From Eledone cirrhosa (taxonomy: Eukaryota): a stretch of 64,000 nt of DNA. The stretch spans positions 75,268,001 to 75,332,000 of the forward strand of contig OZ024744.1 in assembly GCA_964016885.1 (NCBI GenBank), written 5' to 3'. The stretch's first letter is position 1. Each line of letters starts with the position of its first letter. Positions 55,049 to 64,000 of the stretch are shown one piece after another. The notes beneath the pieces were generated by a model, which was not told the DNA's origin, searched no databases, and saw only the letters and a program-made list of their open reading frames with translations. The position numbers and the translations under genes were made by a program.

Positions 55049-55092
<44 letters not shown>
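55040..55092. repeat. (TTA)n tract at the 5' junction of Tx1 element 4
   Basis: Seen directly. Confidence 0.95.
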
Positions 55093-58000
55093 GAGTCTGA
55101 ACGAACGTCTTTTTGCTCGCTCCCGTAAGTTTATTTATTTACCTGTCAAAACTTATTTATTGAATTTGTTGTTGTTGTGTAAGGCATACAAGCCCTTGGA
55201 CTTTGCCCTGTGAAGGGGAAAGAATAATATTTTGGCCTTTTGGCCCAAATATTTGAACTCTTTTACAATTTAACAAAATCATTGAAAAAAAAAACATGGC
55301 TGAGCCACACTCCCCAGCGATATGTCTTTTGTCGTGCTACAACGACGTAAAAGTTGAGAGGAGCGCTACGGCGAAATTAACAGAAATTGATACAACAAAC
55401 ACCAACACAAACAATGTTAACAAAGACAGCAATGATAATAACACTGAGCACTCTAATTTTCAAAAAAATAACAGTAACAGCGACAACGAAAATACAGATA
55501 ACACCAACAGCAACAATAGCAACTGCACCGAGAACAACGGCGGCACCAAACACAACAATGATAACAGCGACAGTGATAACAACAGCACCAATAAGAACAA
55601 CGACAACAACAACAACAACACCAACGACAAAAAGAAGAACACTTTCGCTGCGGCAGCAGCAAAAAAGAAGCCATGCTTCAACATGGACCTCTCAAACAAA
55701 GATGAAAAGTTGGCCCAGGCCTGGAAGCTCATCGATCGAACAAGAGCAAACCTGGGACAACTTAACTGTCCCGGTAGAAGCTATTGAGGCAGTGGAGAGC
55801 AGAACGGTGCATTATAGATGCATCTCAGCACAAACCAAAAGGGCAGCTTTATTTCCACCAGCAGATGTCGAAGTAGCGCTGAGGTGCATCAAAGATGACA
55901 CCGAATACTTAGAGGGGCAGACAGTACGGCACCATTTCGATGCTATTCAAGTTGAAGCCCTCGCTATGAAACACGCTATGACTCCTTGCAAAACCAGCAA
56001 GGTCTTAATGTACCCCTCCCACATGGGAAAAAGAACGGGCCGTCTCCGCATTCCCAGAATCCCACCAGGACTTGACATGTGGTGGCTTCTGGGATGTGTG
56101 ATAGTGGAGGGGACGGATAGATGTGACAAGAACGGCCAGAGAGGATTGGTCCGGGGTTGACCTGGAGATCCTTCTCCAGATCAGGCCCGAGAATGTGAAG
56201 ACAATCCCGGACCACATCCGCCATCAGAATGGGACGGTCATTCACATTATGACCGAAGGTAAATGCCGCATTGTTTTGTTTGTGGGGAAAAAACCCATTT
56301 GCGACCTTCTGCCCTTAACTGCTGAAAGAGGCAAGAGGTCGAAAGGCTCCACTGTTGCCGACGCCGGGGCGAGGACCACAACCAACACCAGCACCGGCAA
56401 AACCACCAACAACAACACCAGTAGACAGACCACCACCAACATTGACCACCCAGGGGGAAAACGAGGAAAGCTATCAAATTCCCCCTCCCCCCCAAAATAG
56501 ACACTCCAATAAAACCATAAACATACATACAGATACACTTACAGACACAGACCCCTCATATACCAGTAGTGAAAATGAGGGAAATCCAAAATCTCCCAAA
56601 ATATAAAAAAGGAAACACAAAAAGTCAAAAAATGGCAACAAAGCACAAAAGCACCCACAATAAAAAACGCAGACACCACCCACGCAAACATCTCTCCAAT
56701 AACACCAACATCAACACCACCATCACCATCACCAGAATCCCCCAAACGCAAACAACCGAAACAGACGCAAGAACAAATATACACACAAACATCTGAAACC
56801 ACAGACACCGCACTCACAACAAACACAGATACAACCGAAACAACACCACCAAAACCATCACCACCACAGCCACGCAAACAAATAAAATCACATCAACAAA
56901 ACATACAAAACTTCGTGCTCGTCAGGAGGGCCAACAAGGAACTGATGGCCCTCGTAGCACGAAGTGAAAATATACAAAAAGAGGGGGACATTTTAGAATA
57001 AAGCACATTTCGCGGGCCGGAAGATTTGGTTCTGGTGCGAATGTCGCTCGACATATTCAAAGAAATACGAGACAGCTTTCCTCGGGACGTGGGAACCCCG
57101 AACGTAAAACCCACTTCAAGACTTTTAAAGGGGTTCCCAAAAGAAACCCCACTAACTATGGAGGTCGAACCACCCGACCTTTACAAGAGCCCGGAAGGTA
57201 AGTAAACCTTTCCTCTCTCTCTTTTAACCTGCCAACATGGCCATATGAAGATGAGGAAGTTTAAATGTTCGAGGCCTGAGATCGTCCTGGAAGCCGGGTC
57301 ACCTGCTCAACGACCTCAGGTCTATAGAAATGGATGTCATTGCCGTCAGCGAGACCAGAATTTCCGACACAAGCGCACTAGCCCCCATTTTCGACGACTC
57401 TCAGATCTTTGCATCTGTTAGCCGGTCGGGAATGGGAGGCGGGGTGGCAGTGCTGATTAGGAAAGGCCTGGATCTCGTGGATAAGGTCGATCCCCCGGCA
57501 CCGGAACGGGAAGTTGGTGGTCCTGGACGTGAACAATAACGAAGGTGGGGCATTACAACTAACGTGCTAGCGGCGAGAATGGCATTAGACCATTTATTCA
57601 ATGCGAAACACGAAGGTTGCATTGTCAGAGTTAGGGCGCTGGCACTGAGAAACGAGGGAACCAAAGCTGTTCGATAGGCCCGCATGGCGGAGGCGCAGCG
57701 TGGTAATAAAACCACGATTCGGACTTTGACGGACCGAGATGGACACGAGCTGAGCGATTCCAAGAGGATGTGTGAGGCCTTTCGCCAACATTTTGTTCGG
57801 TTGTTCGGGGGAAGTGGCGGGTCAGAGACGGTGTCGGACTTCAGTCCCTACTTCGATGGCTTGCCGCAACTCTCGACGGTCGACGCTGGGCGTTGCGAAA
57901 GGCCGATTACTTCAGCCGAGATTCAGCATGCCCTTGTCGGCTGTATGAAGCGCAAGTCATCCGATTTGGGTGGTCTGCCCCACGAGCTTTACGTAAATAA

Positions 58001-59572
58001 GCCACACTTGTTTTCCAATCTCCTCGAAGCGCTCTACTGCAACAGGCAGCAGAACGGGAGCATTCCCAGTTCTATGAGCCGGGGCGTAGTGACGCTGATA
58101 AGGAAAGACGAGAACAAGAGGGATACATTAGACAACTTCAAGCCCATAACTCTGCTCAACACAGAGTTTAACATTTTGGTCAGGGTGTTAGGAAAGAGGT
58201 TGGCGTTTGTCGTCGGGGATTTGGTTGGGGAGGCGCAAACTTGCGCAATCCCAACCAGGTCCATACACGACAACCTCCACCTAATGCGATACATCATAGA
58301 GAGGGTAGGGTGTAAACCTGGCTTCGGTGGGGCTCTGATCATTTTAGATCAATCGAAAGCATTCGATAGGGTTGACCATCGATACCTGGATGCGGTGCTC
58401 GAGGCGGCTGGCTTCCGCCCCGTCTTCAGAAGCTGGATCGCTGCAATGCACAGCGGCACCTGCTCGATGGTCAAAATTAATGGCCACCTCTCGGAACCGT
58501 TTCAGGTCTCCCGATCAGTCCGTCAAGGGTGCCTTCTCTCCTCCCTTCTGTACGTATTGACTCTCGAGCCTTTACTGCGGAAGCTGGAGCTGTTGCAGGG
58601 CATCTTGCTCGAACCGGGACGCGGAAAGCCTCTGTCGGCTTATGCGGACGACATCACCGTGATGGTGTCGGACACCTCAGAAATCGAGGTGGTCGGCAAC
58701 TTATTGGAGGAATATGAAAGGTTGACGGGAGCAAAACTTAACCCGGAAAAGTCAGTGGGCTTGCAACTCAGCACCTGGAGAGGCAAGTTCGTGCCGTCCA
58801 ACAGCGTCGTTAGGTGCTGGTCGGACGGACCGGTAAAGTTGCTAGGGGTTTGGTTCGGGCCAGACCTCCAGGTAGATAAGAATTGGGACGAGGTGACGGG
58901 CAGGGTAGTCAGTCTCACCCAGAAATGGGCTGGGAGGAAGCTATCACTGAAAGGTCGGGCGGAGGTGGCGAACGCGTACATCGCGTCTGTCATCTACTAC
59001 CGTCTGACTGTCGTCCCTTGCCCCCGTTCGCGCCTCGCCATCTTGGAGCGGCTCCTCTTCAAATTCTTGTGGAGGGGTCAGGTTCCGCTGGTGAGGAGGT
59101 CCATCTGCTGCCAGCACCCTCTACGTGGAGGGTTGGGCATGCCGTGGCTAATGATGCGCAGGCACGCGCTGAGGCTGCGGCATCTCCTGATATTCTGCCT
59201 AAACGGTGAACAGGTGTGGTCGCCGTTTGTCAGACGGGCCTTTCCGAAGCTCGTTTCTTTGACTGAGTTGCAGTCCTGGGTCAAGAAGAGATCGAGACTG
59301 GGTGACTGGCATCTGGAATGTTGCCAGGCACTCACTGACCTCTACCAGGCGGGCAATGTGGTCAGTGGAACTTCCACTCTGGAGTCCTATAGAGGATTAG
59401 TGGTGGGCAAGTGCGACGACGCACTCGGAGAGGCTCTGGGAGTCAACGAAGTCGAACTAACCAGTCTGTACCGGAGGACTTTCGAGCCGGATGATGGATA
59501 AGTTCCATAAATCCCTAGCTTGGCAGTGCTACCGGGCGGCACTGCCGGTTCGAGATAAACTCTACAGGCACG
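55093..59572 (+). mobile_element. Tx1/L1-clade LINE, element 4 (5'-intact, internal deletion, 3'-truncated)
   Basis: ORF1 fragments 55296-57205 (MAEP..., YPSHMGKRT, LQIRPE); ORF2 starts at 57237; deletion near 57550; RT ORF 57684-59501; homology stops after KLYRH. Confidence 0.93.
57684..59501 (+). pseudogene. Element 4 reverse transcriptase region (605 open codons)
   Basis: FKPITLLN, LDQSKAFDRV, RQGC, AYADD, KLLGVWFG, GGLGMP. Confidence 0.93.
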
Positions 59573-60837
59573 TTTGCAGCCTTTTATGAAACTTTATTGC
59601 ATTTGTGCCTTCGTGCGTGAAAATTGAATTAGTAATTTCGCCGTATTTTTTTACAACACAGAATAGTCTAATAATAAGAGAATATATAAGCCCGTGGAAC
59701 AGAAATGAACAGGTATTAGCTTGCGTGGGAATCGTAGGTAGCCACACCTCTTATTTTCGTGATAAATGTGCTAGCTGATTAAAGTAACTCATCCACTCGT
59801 TTTTTCCGTCACATTTAGAAACTACAATGTAAGCAACGGTATGTACGTAAACATCACGTGATTAGAAAGCGTCGATGGAATCTGTGTGTGCATGTGTGGT
59901 AGATAGACGCACATGTACTTAGTCCATGAGCGACAAGCATTTGTTGACACGCTTTTCTAAGGTAGCACATGAAAACCTGTTAATGGAAAGCGGTAGATAT
60001 AACTTCTTGTAAGTGATTTTATAAAAGCAATTGTTAAACGTTTCATAAACTACTTCACAAAAGCGGAAATAAAAATATCAATTAGTAAAAGATATCAACT
60101 TGATAAGGGTGTTAATAAGTGTATTTCTTTGTTCTATGAATTTAACTATATTGCCTATCGCTAACACTATATCATCAAAGATTTTATATATTTTGTTCTC
60201 TTGCTGTTGATAGAGTATGAACACCTCACCGGGTTGTCATTCAGTCACCTGTAAAATCTCTCATGAACAAAAGGTGGTATTCATATATAAACACCACCCT
60301 AGCTCTTCAATCTAGTTAATAAAAAATAAAAAAATGAAATATTCTAATTGTTTTCTTTTAGCAGTGTATTGCTTATAGGACATATATCTAAACTAACTTA
60401 TGCCATTAATACGATTAAAAAACTAACTACTGTCACATTTTATCTTATGATTACTTAGAATTGAAACCACTGAAATGTCACTAATTCGATTGAAAAAAGC
60501 ATGAGTATCACAGCATCCTAATAATCTCGTGTAAAACTTATCACGATTTTGAGATAAAGTTAAAAGGAAACCAATAATCTATTTCTTAAGAGTGCAATAA
60601 TGTTTGCAGAAATGCTTGAATCTCTTACAATATCTAGTTTCAACTCACTATTTTTTCCAGCCAGAAATATATGCTGCAGCTTTACATCTCCATACTCGGC
60701 GAGTCTGGGAACTAAGAAGCAGTAATATATTCTTGTGTCTATTTAAAGTGATATGCAATATTTGAATACTTATATTGTGAAATATTGACGAATCTTCAAA
60801 TTCAGTAACATTATTATTATTATTAGGGCGGTGAAGG

Positions 60838-61030
60838 GCGGTGAATTGGCAGTATCGGTAGAGGGTCAGACGCCAAGCTTTGCAAACAAAGAGTTGCGGC
60901 CCTTTATGGTCTGAGTTCAAATCCCGCCGAGGTTGACTTTGCCTTTCATCCTTACGGAGTCGATAAAATAAAGTACCAGTAATACACTGGGATAATTGCT
61001 GTCTTGGTGCCAAAAGTAGAAACAATTATT
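60838..61030 (+). mobile_element. tRNA-derived SINE family A, full length
   Basis: Preceded by (ATT)n and a duplicated gggcggtgaa; complete family A body. Confidence 0.88.
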
Positions 61031-61089
61031 ATGCTATGAAGGGCTTTTTCATTCAGCATGTTTTTCTTTGTTGTTACTTCTTTCTTTGA

Positions 61090-62480
61090 CATCCCCTGGT
61101 CTATTGTCTTCTCCTTAATACAGCCATAAGCTTAGGCTCGTTACTTTCAGGCACATATTTGTTAAACATCTTTTCTCCATCTGAACACAGTCCTCCACGC
61201 TGATTAGACCTCTCCCACCTTCCAATCTCCTTAAGTACAGTCTATCAACATCACCCTTCTTATAAAACATACTGTCGGTAATCATTAATGTCCTTGTATT
61301 TTCTATCCAGTTGTTTTTACTCGTTTACATTCCATTTAAGAATTCCCCCACTTTACCTAATATTAAACACAGCTCGGGAATTTACGGTACTTATGGCATT
61401 TCTACTATTCAGATATGATCTTAGTATTTCCCTTACTCTCCTTATAAATTCGGATCTTATAATCTTCATATTATTGTCCTTGGTTACCTGCTTCCACAAC
61501 ACCGAAATACCTATATCATTCTTCGGTGTCGATCTTTTTTATCAACTCACTCATTGGTATCAAGATTCATTTGCTTCTCTTCAATTTGCCCTTCCTCATC
61601 ACTAGGATTCCACACTTATTAACACCAAACACGATACATATATCATTGTTGATAATAGGAACAGTGTTAACAAGTACAACCCTCTCCTCTCCTCCCCCCA
61701 CCCCCACCTCCGCACACACAGCCGAAGTGCTTTAGGTCATCCATGAAGAGGAGGTGGTTGATGGTAAGCTCTCCTCTTCCCAGTTTGTATCCTACCTTCA
61801 CTTTTCGCAATATGAGGGTTAAGGGTATGAAAATAAAGACAAACAATAAAGGGAAGAAACTATCTCCTTGAAAGATACCTCCCTTGATTTTCCCTCCTCC
61901 CAAGGATTCTTCCCTGATGTTAACTCTGACTCCCAGTTCTTCATGCCATTATTTAACAGTAGTCTGATGTTGTCCGCCACCTTGAAGATTTCCACACACT
62001 TGCATAACCAAGATTGAGGAACCATGTCGAATAACTTCTTGTAATCTATCCACCCCAAGGCAAGATTAGTATGTGTTCTCTTGCTGTTCCTTATCATGGG
62101 ACTTCTTTCGGTATCCTTTCTGTTCCTCTGGCAAAAGGTTGTGTATGCCGAGGTGGTGGTAGATTTCCTCAGACACAATGTTTGTTAGCAATTTCCACAT
62201 CAAGACAGACATGTGATAGGCCTATATTTGGTAACGTTATCTCCCTTGGCTTGATCTTTCATTATTAGGACCGTTCTATCTTTTGCCAATCACTTCAGTA
62301 CTTCACCTAACACCAAGCAGTCATTCATTGAACAATTGTCAGTATCGGATGGTGAAACATCATATTTTTAGTCCAATAACCTTGCACACCATCCGGGGCT
62401 GGTAATTTCCAGTTGGTTAATTTATTTAGCTGCGTTTTAAAGGTTTCAACCGAGATACTCAAGTCAGGTTATTGGTAGGC
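61090..62480 (-). mobile_element. Decayed R4/Dong-like reverse transcriptase fragment
   Basis: NWKLPAPDG, WIDYKKLFDMVPQSWL, GIFQGDS..PLLF, INHLLFMDDLK; many stops and frameshifts. Confidence 0.8.
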
Positions 62481-62502
62481 TTGTTCATTAATTATTATTA
62501 TT

Positions 62503-62612
62503 TTGGCAGTATCGGTAGAGGGTTACGTCCCTTTACGGTCTGAGTTCAAATCCCGTCGAGGTTAACTTTGCCTTTCATCCTTACGGGGTCGATAAAATAA
62601 AGTATCAGTAAT
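62503..62612 (+). mobile_element. SINE family A, internally deleted and 3'-truncated
   Basis: ttggcagtatcggtagag...gagttcaaatccc...ggtcgataaaataaagtatcagtaatg. Confidence 0.82.
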
Positions 62613-64000
62613 GTATAGACTGGATTATCTGAATGTGGCAATGTGGACATGGGCAAACCGCATCGGGTCATCGAGATCGTATTTAGATAGGGTATTCTGT
62701 AGGGAAACAGAGAAGGCTAGTGTAGGTTGTCCACCACTTAAAGTATTCGACTATACGGACCACAAATTTGTGATCTGTAAAGTTGACTTAGATAGACTCC
62801 ATAGGCAAGGGCCCGGCTACTGGAAGCTGAACGCGTCTTTCCCGGCGCGCAAAGCTTACAGAGACAGGATTAGCGAATTAGTTAAGCGTGCGTTGTCGGG
62901 TGCGATCGTCAACAAAAGGTGGAGGTTTACCCTGAAAAGGGCTATTAGAGTAGAATCATAAGGTTTAGCACAGGAGTAGTGATAGAGGAAAATATAGTAG
63001 AGAGAGAGTTAGAAAGCTAGAAGAGGCGTTTAGGACAGGCATCGCAACCGACCTGCTTGCGGTGAGATTGGCATTCGACCAATTCTTCAACGCAAAGCAT
63101 GAAGGCTGCGTTGTCAGAGCTAGAGCGCGTGCTCTAAGAATGATGGACGAAAGCCGTTCAATGGGCCCGGGTAGGGAAGGCGCGACGTGGCAACAAAGCC
63201 ACAATTCGGTCTTTGTCTGATCAAAACGGGCGCATGATGCTCGAACCCGAGCAGAATTGTGCGGCTTTTATGCGTATATGCCAGACTTATTCGGCGACCT
63301 CTTGGCAGATGTCTACTGCAACTGGCAGCAGAACGGGAGCATTCCCAGTTTTGTGAGCCGGGGAGCGGTCGCGCTGCGGAGAAAAGACCCGAACAAGGGG
63401 GACGTTATAGACAATTTCAGGCCCATAACTCTGCTTATCGCAGTGTTTAAGATTTTGCAAAGAGATTAGCGCTTGTCGTCGGTGATCTGGTGGGAGAGGC
63501 GCAGACAAGCGCCATTCCGGACAAATCCATCTACGACAGCCTGCATCTCATGTGATACATCATAGAGATGGTGGTTAAGGAACCTGGCACGGGTGGGGCC
63601 CTGATCAACTTGGATCAATCTAAAGCATTTGATAGGGCGACCATCGGTTCCTGGCTGCGGTCTTCGAGGCGGCCGGCTTCGGGCCCGTTTTTAGGGTTGG
63701 ATCGCTGTGATGCATAGCGACATCTGTTCTATTGTGAGGGTGAATGGTCACCTATCATAGAATTTCAGCATCATGCGCTCGGTCCGCCAGGTTTGCTCCC
63801 TCACGTCCCTCGTGTACGTACGGGCCCTAGAGCCGTTACTGCACAAATAGGAGACGAAGAGGGGGTTCCCACGTGAACTGGGATGCGGGAGATCCATGTC
63901 AGCTTACGCCGACGACGTCACAGTGGTGATGTCGAGCACCAAACACGTCCAGATGCTTGGCACCAATCTCAAGGAATACGATGACAGGAGCAAAGATAAG
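62612..64000 (+). mobile_element. Tx1/L1-clade LINE ORF2 fragment (end of APE to RT), runs off the window
   Basis: WTWANR.GSSRSYLDR, YTDH, QGPGYWKLN, FRPITLL, LDQSKAFDR, AYADD; internal deletion near 63255. Confidence 0.9.

Overview
AT-rich, microsatellite-dense eukaryotic DNA. The repeat content (tRNA-derived SINEs, very long (TA)n/(CA)n/(GATA)n/(CATA)n tracts) suggests an octopod cephalopod, which is an inference. No intact host gene is recognisable; one possible exon lies on the minus strand near 51.8-52.0 kb. The window is dominated by non-LTR retrotransposons. There are seven copies of Tx1/L1-clade LINEs (ORF1 with a CCHC knuckle; ORF2 with APE endonuclease, RT and a C-terminal CCHC). 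Three divergent near-full-length copies form a head-to-tail array (20.7-37.6 kb), two 5'-truncated copies form a second array (13.6-15.8 kb), and all five are bounded by (TATC)n/(GATA)n. Also present are CRE, R4/Dong-like, RTE and Penelope-like fragments, hammerhead-like motifs, large palindromes, two SINE families and MITEs. The most notable observation is a conserved splice-signal architecture in the Tx1 copies. An AG|GTRRGT donor overlaps the end of ORF1, and a pyrimidine-rich CTGTAG| acceptor coincides with the ORF2 stop, so all of ORF2 looks like a GT-AG intron. A second short intron-like segment lies in the 5' UTR. Different element types also appear to partition different microsatellite targets. 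All family calls come from motif recognition; no searches were run.
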